Assembly (NCBI GenBank): GCA_963810935.1
Contig: CAWEPK010000012.1
Span: 352,001 to 416,000, forward strand
DNA from: an uncultured delta proteobacterium
GTDB taxonomy: Bacteria > Desulfobacterota > Syntrophorhabdia > Syntrophorhabdales > WCHB1-27
DNA: 64,000 nt
Direction: 5' to 3'
Shown here: piece by piece, positions 1-10,716 of the stretch
Layout: each line of letters starts with the position of its first letter
Numbering within the stretch: position 1 is the first letter of the stretch
The notes under the pieces: model-generated
Seen by the model: only the letters and a program-made list of their open reading frames with translations
Told to the model about the DNA's origin: nothing
The model's database searches: none
Position numbers and translations under genes: made by a program

Positions 1-268
1 GTCTATAACAAGGACGTGTGCCATGGCCGATTAATTTTACCCGATTTCCGCAGGATAAGAAAGGGGGGGAAACGCGGGGGCCGCGGAATAGTTATCCGCT
101 GCCCCCGCGCCCTCGTAAGCGCGGCGGACTAGAACTCGATATTTAGCGGCTCGATTAACCGAATCTCTTTTGCAAGAAAGAAAGAGATTAAGCGGCCGTC
201 CACCCTGCCCCCTACTTCACAAATTAATTTATCGTCACTATTATTTGTCGGGAGGCATGGAAGAGATT

Positions 269-466
269 ATGAAGGGAATGAGACGGATAAAGGGTGGAAT
301 CGCAACCGCGCTGCTCGTTGCAGCGGCGCTGCTCCCCGTCGCCTGCGCATCGGGAGGCAGGCAGGATACCGGGCAGTCGGACAGCTCGTACAGCGGGCGG
401 CATGTCAGCAACCTTACGGAAAGGAACTTCGAGCGGGAAAAAGCGACAGCGAGCAACCCGGGCTGA
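269..466 (+). CDS. Small putative lipoprotein
   Basis: Basic N-terminus, hydrophobic stretch and lipobox-like LPVA-C; GGAGG at 251-255; start could also be 257. Confidence 0.55.
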   Translation: MKGMRRIKGGIATALLVAAALLPVACASGGRQDTGQSDSSYSGRHVSNLTERNFEREKATASNPG

Positions 467-492
467 TAAGGGCCCCACCCTGCCGGTTGCCT

Positions 493-1795
493 CTATCCCA
501 GAGCCTTCTCGATGCCTGCGCGCCATTCTGCGATGGCCGCGAGAGCGCCTGCCGCAACCTTGTCTTTCTTTCGCTTGTCGTATCCTTCGAGGAGGCCGAA
601 GTTGACATTCATCGGTTGGAAGTCCTTGCGCTCCGTCCCGATGTAGCGGTAGAGCGCGCCCGTGCACGTAGTGGGAGGGGGCGGCACGAATTCCACGTTG
701 CGAGTGAAACAAAGGGCGTCGATGCCGGCAAGTAACCCCATCGCCGTCGATTCTACGTAGCCCTCCACGCCGGTGATCTGCCCTGCGAAGATTATGCGGT
801 TGTCGCCTTTCAGGTGCAGGCCGGAAAGCACGGCAGGCGCGTTGATGAAGGTGTTGCGGTGGATGCTGCCGTGCCTGAAGTAGCGCGCATTGCGGAGCGC
901 AGGTATCAATCCGAATACCCTCTCCTGTTCGGGGTAGGTGAGCTTCGTCTGGAAGCCGACCATGTTGTACATCGTCCCTGCCGCGTCCTCGCGCCGCAAC
1001 TGCAAAACCGCGTGCGGGAATGCCCCGGTGCGGGGGTCGCGCAGGCCGACGGGCTTCATCGGGCCGAAAAGGAGCGTCTGTTTGCCTCTCTCCGCCATGA
1101 CCTCTATGGGCAGGCAGCCCTCGAAATAAGGGGTCCCTTCGAACTCCTTTGTTTCGACGCGCGCCGCGCTGCACAGGGCGTCGTAAAAGGCGTCGTACTC
1201 CTCGCGGGTCATCGGGCAGTTGAGGTAATCGCCGCCCTCCGCATCTTGCGCGACGTAGCGCGAAGCGAAAAAGGCCGACTGCATGTCGATGCTGTCTGAT
1301 TCGATGATAGGCGAGATTGCGTCGAAGAAATGGAGGTTCGCGCCGCCGGTCAGGACAGCGAGCTTTTCTGCCAGGGCAGGCGACGTGAGCGGGCCGGTGG
1401 CGACCACGATAACCCCCTCAGCCGGCAGGTCCGTTATCTCTTCGCGGACGACCCTTATGCGGGAGCTTTCGCGTATCGCTTCCGTGACGCTTCGCGCCGA
1501 AGGTCGTTCGGTCGACGACGAGCGCCTTGCCGCCTGGTATGGCGCAGCCGTCGGCAGCCTCCATAATGAGGGAGCCGAGCACCCGCAATTCCGCCTTAAG
1601 GAGGCCGTGCGCGTTCCCCGGCTCGTTCGACTTCAATGAGTTGGAGCAGACCATCTCGGCGAGGAGGTCCGTCTTATGGGCAGGCGTATTCGACGCGGGG
1701 CGCATCTCGTAGAGCACCGCGGACGCGCCCATGCGGGCTATCCGGAAAACGGCCTCGCTCCCTGCCAGGCCGCCGCCTATGACTGTGATTTCCAC
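493..1795 (-). CDS. trmFO: Folate/FAD-dependent tRNA m5U54 methyltransferase TrmFO, split by a 1-nt frameshift near 1490
   Basis: N-terminal VIGGGLAGSE and AEMVCSNSL in ORF 1418-1870; VATGPLTS, YFEGCLPIE, GQITGVEGY, FQPMNVNFG in ORF 493-1407; follows topA. Confidence 0.92.
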
Positions 1796-4011
1796 CCGCA
1801 GCCCTTTCGCAGGCAGCTTGGCCCGCGTCCCCTGAATGTAAAAAGAACAGTCGCGCCGCACGCGGGGCACTCACCCTCTTTCGGCTGGAAGCTCGTTGCA
1901 AATGAGCAATCCGGGTAGCGCGAGCACCCGTAGAATTTCTTCCTCTTCTTTGAGATGCGCTCGACAAGCTCCCCCGTGCAACCTTCCTCCGGGCACTTGA
2001 GCCCCATGGTGAAGGGGCGCGTGTACTTGCATTCAGGGTAGTTGCTGCACGCGATGAAGCGGCCGAACTTGCCGCTTTTCTCGACGAGCGTGCCCGCGCA
2101 CTGCGGGCAGGTCCCGTGGGTGACCTCTTGAACCACCTCGATCTTGCCGTCCTTATCGACGAGTACGTTCTTCGTGTTCTTGCAGTCCGGGCGGCCGCTG
2201 CAAACGAGGTATTCACCGTTCTTGCCCCAGCGCAGGACCATGTTCTTCCCGCACTTCTCACATACGATCGAGGTCTCTTTCTCCTCGGCCTTCAGGTTCT
2301 TCATCTGCTTCTTAGCGGAGCCCATCTCCTCCTTGAAGACGCCGTAGAACTCATCGAGGGATGCGACCCAGTCTTTTTTGTCGTCTTCGATCCGGTCGAG
2401 CCCCTCTTCGAGGCGCGCCGTGAAATCGACGTCGATCACCCTGGGGAAGAATTCCGTAAGGAGCCCGTTGACCGTCCTGCCGAGGGGTACGGGGATAAGG
2501 CTACCCCGGTCCTTGTGGACGTAGCCGCGCTCCTGGATCGTGCTGACGGTGGTTGCGTACGTCGAGGGCCGGCCGATGCCCTTAGCCTCGAGCGTCTTGA
2601 TCAGCGTCGCCTCCGAGTAGCGCGGAGGGGGGCTGGTGAAGTGCTGGTCGGCATCCAGGTGCTTACAGATAAGGGCATCGCCCTGCGACATATCGGGGAG
2701 ATAGGTGCGCTCGTCTTCGCGCTTATCCGACTCGTAGACGCGCGTGAACCCGTCGAAGACGACCTTCGACCCGCGCGCGACGAACGTGTAAGGCGCGGCG
2801 CCCTTTTTGCCGCCTGCCGCTATCTCGGCGTTGCGCAGGTGGAGCCTCTCCCTCGCCATCTGGGACGCGATGAAGCGCCGCCAGATAATCTCGTAGAGGG
2901 CGAACATGTCTTTATCGAGGTGCGACTTCAGTTTCTCGGGGGTGAGCTTGACGTCCGTCGGCCGGATGGCCTCGTGCGCGTCCTGCGCCGTCTTGCTGTT
3001 CGAGAAGACGTTCGGCTTCGCAGGCAGGTAGGTCTCCCCGTAAGCGCCGGCGATGAGCTTCCTCGCGTCCGCCAGCGCCTCGCTCGATATGCGGACGGAG
3101 TCGGTCCGCATGTACGTGATGAGGCCCGTCACGGCCCCCTTGCCGACCTCGACGCCCTCGAAGAGCTTCTGCGCCAGCAGCATCGTCTTCTTCGGCGAGA
3201 AGCGAAGGCGCGCCGAAGCGTCCTGCTGCAGCGTGCTCGTTTTATAGGGCGGGTACGGCGTGGCGAAGCGCTCCTTCTCTTCGACGGAGGCAACCGTAAA
3301 TTTGCCGTCCTTCAGGGCGCTCCTGATTTTTTCCGCCTCTTCCTCCGTCCCTATGCGCGTCTTCGCGCCGTCGATCTTCTCTAATTTCGCCCTTATTTTT
3401 TCGCCGCTCGCAAGCGTAAGCTCCGCTTCGACGGTCCAGTATTCTTCCTTTACAAAGGCGTCTATCTCGTCTTCCCTTTCGCAGACGAGTTTCAGCGCGA
3501 CCGACTGCACCCTGCCCGCGGAAAGGCCGTACTTCACCCTCTCCCACAAAAGCGGGCTTATCTCGTACCCGACGAGCCTGTCAAGGATTCGCCTGGCCTT
3601 CTGGGCGTCGTACTTCGCCTCGTCGAGCTTCTGCGGCGATTTCATCGCCTCCAGCACCGCTTTTTTGGTGATCTCGTTGAAAAGGACCCTCTGCACGGGC
3701 GCGCCTTTCCCTTTAGCGATCTCCTCCGCCACGTGGAACGCAATGGCCTCCCCTTCCCTGTCGGGGTCCGACCCTATGAAGACCCTGTCCGCCTCCTTGC
3801 TCGCCTTCTTGATATCCGCGACGATCTTAGCCTTGCCCTTGACCACGGTGAAGTTCGGAGCAAAGCCGTTCTCCACGTCCACGCCCATCTTGCTCTTCGG
3901 CAGGTCTTTGATGTGCCCGTAGGTGGCCCTGATTATATAATCCTTCCCCAGGAATTTGGAGAGCGTCTTCATTTTCGTCGGGGATTCGACGACCAATAGG
4001 GATTTTGACAT
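1777..4011 (-). CDS. topA: DNA topoisomerase I with C-terminal zinc ribbons
   Basis: VVESPTK Toprim, DPDREGEAI, ITYMRTDS active site, QDAHEAIRPT, repeated C4 zinc ribbons. Confidence 0.97.
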   Translation of the reverse strand: MSKSLLVVESPTKMKTLSKFLGKDYIIRATYGHIKDLPKSKMGVDVENGFAPNFTVVKGKAKIVADIKKASKEADRVFIGSDPDREGEAIAFHVAEEIAKGKGAPVQRVLFNEITKKAVLEAMKSPQKLDEAKYDAQKARRILDRLVGYEISPLLWERVKYGLSAGRVQSVALKLVCEREDEIDAFVKEEYWTVEAELTLASGEKIRAKLEKIDGAKTRIGTEEEAEKIRSALKDGKFTVASVEEKERFATPYPPYKTSTLQQDASARLRFSPKKTMLLAQKLFEGVEVGKGAVTGLITYMRTDSVRISSEALADARKLIAGAYGETYLPAKPNVFSNSKTAQDAHEAIRPTDVKLTPEKLKSHLDKDMFALYEIIWRRFIASQMARERLHLRNAEIAAGGKKGAAPYTFVARGSKVVFDGFTRVYESDKREDERTYLPDMSQGDALICKHLDADQHFTSPPPRYSEATLIKTLEAKGIGRPSTYATTVSTIQERGYVHKDRGSLIPVPLGRTVNGLLTEFFPRVIDVDFTARLEEGLDRIEDDKKDWVASLDEFYGVFKEEMGSAKKQMKNLKAEEKETSIVCEKCGKNMVLRWGKNGEYLVCSGRPDCKNTKNVLVDKDGKIEVVQEVTHGTCPQCAGTLVEKSGKFGRFIACSNYPECKYTRPFTMGLKCPEEGCTGELVERISKKRKKFYGCSRYPDCSFATSFQPKEGECPACGATVLFTFRGRGPSCLRKGCGWKSQS

Positions 4012-5087
4012 TAAACCTTCCTTATGTAGAATCCGCCGGGCATCGACTGCACGACGTTTTTCATCTCCAGCATAGTCAGGGCGGCCATGACGCGCCGCGT
4101 CTCGAAACCGGTCTGCTCTATTATCTCATCGACGTGGACCCGCCCCCGGCTCAACAACCTGAAAATATAATCCTCATCGCCCGTTAGATCAATAGCGGGG
4201 TCCTTTCCGGGCGCGCCGCTCTCTGCGATACGCGCAAGCTCCGGGAAGCAGCAGGAGAGGATATCGCCTACCTCCTCTACGAGCTGCGCGCCTTTTTTGA
4301 TGAGGTTATTCGCGCCCTGGTGCCCCTCTTCGAAGACGGCCCCCGGCACGGCCAGCACCTCGCGCCCGTATTCCAGGGCGAGCCGTGCGGTGATGAGGGA
4401 ACCGCTCCTGCGCGACGCCTCGACAACGAGCACGCCCTTCGAAAGCCCGGCAATGATCCGGTTCCTCTCCGGGAAGTTCGACGGGTACGGCCGCGTGCCC
4501 GGCGCGTATTCCGTGACTATCGCGCCCTCCCCTCCCATCGCGTCGAAAAGCGCCTTATTCTCAGAAGGATAGCAGATATCGACGCCGCAGCCAAGGACGC
4601 CTATGGTCTTGCCCTTTCCCTTCAGCGCGCCCCTGTGGGCCGCAGCGTCGATGCCCCTGGCAAGTCCGCTTATAACGCAGACACCCGCAGACGCAAGCGC
4701 TTCGCCGGCGTTTTCCGCGAGCGCCATCCCTTCGAAGCTCGCCTTCCTCGCGCCGACAATCGCAAACGCGTATTGCGGAAAGGGGAGCGGGCCTTTCTTG
4801 TACAGGACGACGGGCGCGTCGGGGGCCTGCGCCAGAAGCGGCGGATAGGCCGCGTCCTTTATCGTGAGAATCTCTACTCCCGACTTCCGTGAGGCGGCGA
4901 GGTCTTTCTCTATCGACGCGAAATTTTTGAAGGCCCCGATCGCGGCGTTGCAGGCCGCATCTTCCGTCCGCTCCCTGCCCTCGAATATTGCGGACAGGCG
5001 GGCCGTGTCTGCGGCAAGGGCCTTCTTCGTCGCTGCATGGATGCCCTTCACCCTCGACAGGGCGAGCAGCGCCGTGCGGCCGTCCAT
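4011..5087 (-). CDS. dprA: DNA processing protein DprA/Smf
   Basis: AIVGAR, ISGLARGIDAAAH, FPERNRIIAGLS, SGSLITA; classic dprA-topA synteny. Confidence 0.95.
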   Translation of the reverse strand: MDGRTALLALSRVKGIHAATKKALAADTARLSAIFEGRERTEDAACNAAIGAFKNFASIEKDLAASRKSGVEILTIKDAAYPPLLAQAPDAPVVLYKKGPLPFPQYAFAIVGARKASFEGMALAENAGEALASAGVCVISGLARGIDAAAHRGALKGKGKTIGVLGCGVDICYPSENKALFDAMGGEGAIVTEYAPGTRPYPSNFPERNRIIAGLSKGVLVVEASRRSGSLITARLALEYGREVLAVPGAVFEEGHQGANNLIKKGAQLVEEVGDILSCCFPELARIAESGAPGKDPAIDLTGDEDYIFRLLSRGRVHVDEIIEQTGFETRRVMAALTMLEMKNVVQSMPGGFYIRKV

Positions 5088-5088
5088 G

Positions 5089-5757
5089 TCAGCGGGCCGC
5101 CGGCTGCGGCGCCTTCGTTGAGTCCTCTTTGCTTCCCGTCATGCTCCTGCCCCAGAGCACGGCTGTCCTCAAAAGCTCTTTCTCCATCAACGTGCGCGAG
5201 AGGTCGTCGCGCCACCATTTGTCGAGCTTGAAATAGGAGACGCGGGCAGGCTTGATGAGGACTATCGGGTCGCCCGACTCCGTCGCGTAAAGCATCTGGA
5301 ATCGCTTCGAGGCGTAGTCCGGGGCAATGACGATCAGCTTTTTAACCCCCTGCTTCGCAAATGCCTGCCGCGCGGTGCGCGCCTTTGCAGCATCATCGCC
5401 CTCGAGGTCGATGCCGCGCACTGCGTTCGCGTCCTTGATGCCCCTCTCCTTCGCCATCCTCGCAACCATGTCCTTGATCGTAAAGCCGAAGACGCGGTCG
5501 TTTTCCACCCAGATGACCTTGGCGTTCCCCGCCCAATATTCCCTGAATGCCTCCGCGTAAAGCTCGCCGTCCTTGTCCTCTGCGAAGCGGGGCACGAAAA
5601 TCGCGTCGGAGCGCACTATCTTGTCTTCGTGCCGCAGGCGGCCCGCTATGATCTTGAGTGACAACGGATGGACCAGGGCGCCGGCGGCGATCATGCAGAA
5701 GACCAGCACAAACAGCAGGCACCCGCATCCCGCCTTCCCCTTCTGAGCCTTTCCCAT
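5089..5757 (-). CDS. Membrane-anchored protein, distant YdcF/DUF218-like
   Basis: N-terminal TM segment, SDAIFV and KKLIVIAPDYASKR resemble DUF218; in operon with dprA. Confidence 0.55.
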   Translation of the reverse strand: MGKAQKGKAGCGCLLFVLVFCMIAAGALVHPLSLKIIAGRLRHEDKIVRSDAIFVPRFAEDKDGELYAEAFREYWAGNAKVIWVENDRVFGFTIKDMVARMAKERGIKDANAVRGIDLEGDDAAKARTARQAFAKQGVKKLIVIAPDYASKRFQMLYATESGDPIVLIKPARVSYFKLDKWWRDDLSRTLMEKELLRTAVLWGRSMTGSKEDSTKAPQPAAR

Positions 5758-5810
5758 CAATCCTCCTTCAGCGTAACTTGAACCTGCAACAACCCCGGCA
5801 CGGACGCCTG

Positions 5811-6251
5811 TCAGTCCTTAACCACCATCGTGCCTGCAATGAGGTCGTGCCCTGCCCGCCCGCCGGTGAAAAGCGCCATCCAGAACCCCATCATGAACGG
5901 GACGGCCGATACGATATACCCGACTGTCCGCGCGAACGCCCGGCACATGGAGAGAGGCTCGCCGTCTGCGCGCTTTACCACCTTGATCCCGAAGAGCATC
6001 TTCCCGATTGTCCTTTCATCGCCGGCGGTAAGGTACGTGAAATAGAAAAAGAAGAGGAAGAGCTTGAACAGGCCGACCAGCGGCACCAGGAAATACATGG
6101 AGGCAACCGTCTCGCCCCATGGCCTGCCTGGCTCCGTGCCGATGAACGCCCCGACAGCGCCCGCCGCAAATAAAAGGGCGGAGACGCATCCGAGGAAAAT
6201 GAGATCGACAAGAAGCGCGAGGAGCCTGGTTACGACGGATGCCTTTTTCAT
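5811..6251 (-). CDS. RDD family membrane protein
   Basis: RLLALLVD, TIGKMLFGIKVV, GHDLIAGTMVV. Confidence 0.9.
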   Translation of the reverse strand: MKKASVVTRLLALLVDLIFLGCVSALLFAAGAVGAFIGTEPGRPWGETVASMYFLVPLVGLFKLFLFFFYFTYLTAGDERTIGKMLFGIKVVKRADGEPLSMCRAFARTVGYIVSAVPFMMGFWMALFTGGRAGHDLIAGTMVVKD

Positions 6252-6984
6252 CGCATGTTGAACTCGTAAAAGATTATCGAGAGGACCACGAGCGGCGTAG
6301 TCTCGCTCCGCAGTATATTCTCACCCAGCGTGCACGGGGTAAAGCCGTTCTCCGTGAACCACTGCACCTCTTCTTCTTCTATGCCGCCTTCGGGGCCGAT
6401 GGCAACGCAGACCTCGCCGTTCTTCTGCGTGCCGACCACGTCCTTCAGGGTCGTGCTCTTCTCGCGCTCGTAGAGCAGCCAGCGGCTTTCCGACCCGTTC
6501 ACGTACGGCAGGATGCCGCGCAGCGGCGTGGGAGGCCCGACTCCGGCACCGAGAACCTGCCAGACTGGCGGGAAGCCTCGATCATGATGCGCTTCCAGCG
6601 CTCGCACCGCTGTGACTCCTCGTCCTGGAACTTGACCACGGTCCTCCTGAAGATCGTAGGCAGGATGCGGTCCGCGCCCAGCTCCGTCGCCTTCTCGATC
6701 AGCCAGTCCATCCTCGGGCCCTTGATGGGGCTCACGAGGAGCGTGACCTTCGTCTTCTTTTCGTCGGGATGGTGAACGACGTCCACCACGTGCAGGTAGA
6801 TCTCCTTACCCTTAACGCTGTGCATGGTGCAGCGGTAGAGATACCCCTTGCCGTCCATGACGTCGAGGCGTTCTCCGGGCGTCTTCCTGAGGACGGTGAG
6901 GATATACTTGCAATTCGGCCCGGTCACCAGGACCATGCCGTTCTTCATCTTCAGCTTGTCAACGAAGACCCTTCTTACTTCCAT
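6248..6984 (-). CDS. rsmE: 16S rRNA m3U1498 methyltransferase RsmE, frameshifted near 6540
   Basis: IEKATELG and EASRQSGR in ORF 6499-6984; IGPEGG and LGENILRSETT in ORF 6248-6607. Confidence 0.92.
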
Positions 6985-6987
6985 GAA

Positions 6988-7944
6988 TCACCTTTCCGGA
7001 ATTTTGTAGAAGCGGGACTCGTAGAGCTTGTGGAATTGGCTCCATTTCTCGTCTTCCATGGCCGCCTCCATGTGCTCCTTCACCCCCATCGCCTTTGCGT
7101 CCAGGTTGTCGATATAGTGTACCACCAATGCCTCCACGCACATAGGCTTCTTGGGGGAGCCCCATTCGGCCACGCCATGGTGGGAAAGGATGATGTGCTT
7201 CATAACGTCGGACAGGTACGCGGGAAAGCCGTCAACGGCCGAGGCGAGGTCGTCTATCATCACAACCCCGAGGGTGATGTGGCCGAGGAGCCTTCCCTGG
7301 TCGGAATAACGGAAAGAACCTTCGGACAGCTCAAGCTCCACGGTCTTGCCTATGTCGTGGAGGAGGCCGCCCGCTGCTATGATGTCCGCGTCGCCCCCGG
7401 TGAACGCGGCCGCCTGCCTGCCCAGCTCCGCAACGGCAACGGAATGCTCGAGCAGCCCGCCGACTGCCATGTGGTGGACGCCCAACGATGCGGGGAAGAG
7501 AAAAAAGCGGTCGAGGACGTCCTGCTTCTTTTTAAGCTCTTCGAAAAAGCGGGCGAGATATGGATTGCGGATGCCCGCCGTGATTGCATGGAAGCGCTCC
7601 TTGAGGGGCGCGATGCCGGATGGCGTCTCCGGATAAAAATCCATAATGTCCGCGGGCGCGAGGCTGCGCGCTTCTTTCCTGATGCCCGTCACGCTGAGCT
7701 GGAGCGCGCCCTGGTAGCTTTTGGCTTTCGACTCGACGTAAACGATGTCGCTTTTTTCGAAGCAGGCGCAAAGCTCATCGACCCTGTCCCATATCCGCGC
7801 TTCTATCGACCCGGTCTTGTCCCTAAGGCGTATGCTCCCGTACTTCGCGCCGTTTTTGGCGGAGTATATCGCCTTTTTGACCACCAGGAAATAATCTTTT
7901 ACATCCGCGTTGTTGCCGATGTCGCTAATGAATGTGCGCTTCAA
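6988..7944 (-). CDS. yhaM: OB-fold + HD domain 3'-5' exoribonuclease YhaM-like
   Basis: LRDKTGSIEARIW OB fold, HH..GGLLEHS, LLHDIGK, HIILSHHG. Confidence 0.85.
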   Translation of the reverse strand: MKRTFISDIGNNADVKDYFLVVKKAIYSAKNGAKYGSIRLRDKTGSIEARIWDRVDELCACFEKSDIVYVESKAKSYQGALQLSVTGIRKEARSLAPADIMDFYPETPSGIAPLKERFHAITAGIRNPYLARFFEELKKKQDVLDRFFLFPASLGVHHMAVGGLLEHSVAVAELGRQAAAFTGGDADIIAAGGLLHDIGKTVELELSEGSFRYSDQGRLLGHITLGVVMIDDLASAVDGFPAYLSDVMKHIILSHHGVAEWGSPKKPMCVEALVVHYIDNLDAKAMGVKEHMEAAMEDEKWSQFHKLYESRFYKIPER

Positions 7945-7969
7945 GAGGGCTGCCCCCTTCTTCTGCTGC

Positions 7970-9277
7970 TCATTTTGATTCGCGGGCCTTCCGCGCCTTG
8001 TCCAGGAATGTATTTATAGTTCTTTCGTATCCCCTGTCCGTAGGATGGTAGTATTGCTTCTCTTTCAGGGGGTCCGGCAGATAGGTCTGTCCGACGAGCC
8101 CGCCCTCGTGGTCGTGCGGGTAGAGGTAATCGCGGCCGTAGCCCAGGTCCTCCATGAGCTTCGTCGGGGCGTTGCGTATATGCATGGGGACGGGGTACTC
8201 GGGGAGCTTATGGACGTCGGACGCAGCGTGGGCGTAGGCCGTGTAGATCGCGTTGCTTTTTTCCGCGCACGCGAGGTAGACGGCCGCCTGCGCGAGCGCC
8301 AGGTAGCCCTCCGGGGCCCCAAGGAAATTGAACGACTGCATGGCCGCCATGGATACGGCGAGGGCCTGCGGGTCCGCGTTGCCTATGTCCTCCGACGCGA
8401 AGCGCACCATGCGCCGCGCGATATAAAGCGGATCTTCGCCGCCCTCGATCATGCGCGCGAGCCAGTAGAGCGCCGCGTCCGGGTCGGAACCCCTCAGGCT
8501 CTTGTGGAGCGCGCTTATCAGGTCGTAGTGCATCTCGCCTTTCTTGTCGTAGACGAGCACGCGTTTCTGGTAGGCCTCCTGCACGGCTGCGTGGTCGATG
8601 ACGGGTGCGGCGGCCTTGCGCCTCGTCGCTATCGCATGGGCAGCCTCAAGCAAATTGAGGGCCTTCCGCGCGTCGCCGGTGACGAGCGAGGCGATCTCTT
8701 GCAGCGCCTTGCCCGCCACAGCCGCGCGGGACGCTGCAAGCACCTCGTCGCGCTCCAGGGCGCTCGTAAGTATAGTCGCGATCTCCTCTTCGGTCAGCGG
8801 CGAGAGCGTGAGCACCTTCATCCGCGACAAAAGCGGCGATATGATCTCGAACGACGGGTTCTCCGTCGTCGCGCCGATAAGCACTATCTCCCCGTTCTCG
8901 ACGTAAGGCAGGAATGTGTCCTGCTGGAGCTTATTGAACCTGTGGAACTCGTCGATGAACAGGAGCGTCCTGCGCATCTTCGACTTCTGAATGACTTCTT
9001 TGACTTCCTTGATGCCGATCGTGACTGCGCTTAAGGAGACGAAAGGCAGGCCGAGGCGCCTGCCTATGAGCCAGCCGAGGCTCGTCTTGCCTACGCCGGA
9101 CGGCCCCCAGAAGATCATAGAGGGGACGTCCTTGCTTTCGAGCATTACGCGGAGGAACTTGCCTTCGCCGAGCAGGTGCTCCTGCCCTACGAAGTCTTCG
9201 AGCTTCCTGGGTCGCACCCTGTCCGCCAGAGGCTTTTTGACCCTGGGGCCAGTGTCTTCGGTGTTGAACAGTTCCAT
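7970..9277 (-). CDS. rarA: Replication-associated recombination protein RarA/MgsA
   Basis: PLADRVRP, GPSGVGKT, DEFHRFNK, GATTENPSF, HKSLRGSDPDA. Confidence 0.96.
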   Translation of the reverse strand: MELFNTEDTGPRVKKPLADRVRPRKLEDFVGQEHLLGEGKFLRVMLESKDVPSMIFWGPSGVGKTSLGWLIGRRLGLPFVSLSAVTIGIKEVKEVIQKSKMRRTLLFIDEFHRFNKLQQDTFLPYVENGEIVLIGATTENPSFEIISPLLSRMKVLTLSPLTEEEIATILTSALERDEVLAASRAAVAGKALQEIASLVTGDARKALNLLEAAHAIATRRKAAAPVIDHAAVQEAYQKRVLVYDKKGEMHYDLISALHKSLRGSDPDAALYWLARMIEGGEDPLYIARRMVRFASEDIGNADPQALAVSMAAMQSFNFLGAPEGYLALAQAAVYLACAEKSNAIYTAYAHAASDVHKLPEYPVPMHIRNAPTKLMEDLGYGRDYLYPHDHEGGLVGQTYLPDPLKEKQYYHPTDRGYERTINTFLDKARKARESK

Positions 9278-9339
9278 AGCGATATAACTATATCATCCAA
9301 GTCAGCCCTGTTCAATAAGGAGCGAGTTGTGCGGAGAAA

Positions 9340-9486
9340 GGGGGCCTTGGCTCTTTTCGCGTTCGACCCACGCACTCTGTTGTGCGTGGGTGCCCCGGCC
9401 TGTCCCTCAAAGCAGCACGTCCTAACATACAGAAGGAGTATGCTCCGGGTGGCGGCTCCTCGGTCACAGCGCCCCCAGCCTCCCCG
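9340..9486 (-). repeat. Structured repeat family 1, copy A, with nested micro-hairpin at 9366-9398
   Basis: Core GTCCTAACATAC-7nt-GTATGCTCCGG on + strand aligns with copies at 38056 and 50618. Confidence 0.8.
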
Positions 9487-9568
9487 GAACCGCCGGTAGA
9501 CTCGTTCCTAGTCCCTATACCGTTCCGGAGAATTGACTCCCGTTTGATGTCCGCCGGCTCCTTTTCCT

Positions 9569-9649
9569 CCGTCATACCGGCGAAAGCCGGTATCCAGGTA
9601 TTTTCCAGGCTTGGAACGGTCTAGACCCTGGCGTTCGCCAGGATGACGG
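9569..9649. repeat. REP-like dyad (GTCAT-palindrome-ATCCAG ... inverted copy)
   Basis: CCGTCATACCGGCGAAAGCCGGTATCCAG ... CTAGACCCTGGCGTTCGCCAGGATGACGG. Confidence 0.8.
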
Positions 9650-9683
9650 CCGAGGAAATCGGTATTTAATTTTGCAAAACGCT

Positions 9684-10109
9684 CTAATGATGGGGGCTCG
9701 TCTTCGAATGCTCGTTCAGCTTTTCGAGCAGCAGCTCGTAGAGGGCGAGCAGCTCGTCGCCGGGGCCCATAGGAGAAGACCAGATGGCCGCTACGGCTTC
9801 GTCGGGGACGCCGTGCTCGCGGCACAGCAGGCGCGCCTGGTGCCATGTGGGGAGCCAGACCAGCTTACGATGGATCTGGTCCACCCCTCCCAGGGCCCGC
9901 GCGAAGATGCTCAGGTTGAGGATAAAATAGACATTGTTGGGCAGAGGGGTAAAGTCGATGAGAACGCCGCCGGCGTCCCAGGCGAAGCAGCCGACGTGGA
10001 CGAACCAGCGAAGGCCCGCTTCCTTCAGCCGGGCCGCCATCTCGCAGTGGCGCCTGTCGAAAGGGGTCGGCGCGTAATCTCTACTCTCGTCGAAGGGCTC
10101 TGGATGCAC
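9684..10109 (-). CDS. Hypothetical protein
   Basis: 141-aa ORF, GAGG upstream of GTG, LVWLPTWHQAR motif. Confidence 0.65.
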   Translation of the reverse strand: MHPEPFDESRDYAPTPFDRRHCEMAARLKEAGLRWFVHVGCFAWDAGGVLIDFTPLPNNVYFILNLSIFARALGGVDQIHRKLVWLPTWHQARLLCREHGVPDEAVAAIWSSPMGPGDELLALYELLLEKLNEHSKTSPHH

Positions 10110-10230
10110 CGGTCTACCTCACCCTATATTCCCTCAAAACGTGATGGAAGTAAAGGCCGCTTGTCAAACGGGGCTCCGTGTGCAATGATTGACCGGGCGG
10201 TAAGCCCGCAATATGCGGAAAGGGGGACGG

Positions 10231-10680
10231 ATGAAACAGAAATTGTCGGTCAGGCTCCTGCTGGCGGTCCTGATAATCGCAGCCGGCCCGGTTTATGCCG
10301 CCGATAGGGCCGTTGTTTCGACCGATAAAGCGCCGAAGGCCATCGGCCCTTACTCACAGGCCATCCGGTACGGAGACATGCTTTATGTCTCCGGCATGAT
10401 CCCGATCGACCCGAAAACGAATGAAGTATCGAGGGGAGATATCACGGCCCAGACGACGCTCGTGCTGGAGAACATACGGGCCGTAGTCGAGGCGGCGGGC
10501 TTCAGCATGAAGAACGTGCTGAAGGCAGAGGTCTTCCTGAAAGACCTTAAGGACCTGGCGGCGTATAACGGCGTCTACGCGCGGTACTTTCCCGGCGACC
10601 CGCCCGCCCGTGTCACGGTGCAGGCGGCGGCATTGCCGAATAACGTCCTCATCGAGATATCCGTGACCTGCGGGAAATAG
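10231..10680 (+). CDS. RidA/YjgF/UK114 enamine deaminase with N-terminal signal peptide
   Basis: APKAIGPYSQA, LYVSGMIP, PPARVTV, LIEI; leader MKQKLSVRLLLAVLIIAAGPVYA. Confidence 0.9.
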   Translation: MKQKLSVRLLLAVLIIAAGPVYAADRAVVSTDKAPKAIGPYSQAIRYGDMLYVSGMIPIDPKTNEVSRGDITAQTTLVLENIRAVVEAAGFSMKNVLKAEVFLKDLKDLAAYNGVYARYFPGDPPARVTVQAAALPNNVLIEISVTCGK

Positions 10681-10716
10681 GCCCGTTCTATCGATATGCG
10701 CTTGCCCCGCCGGGGC

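Noticed and set aside
74..110. Structured ncRNA upstream of the lipoprotein; similar isolated hairpin at 54253-54286
   Set aside because: Single hairpins without a recognisable motif or second copy in the window
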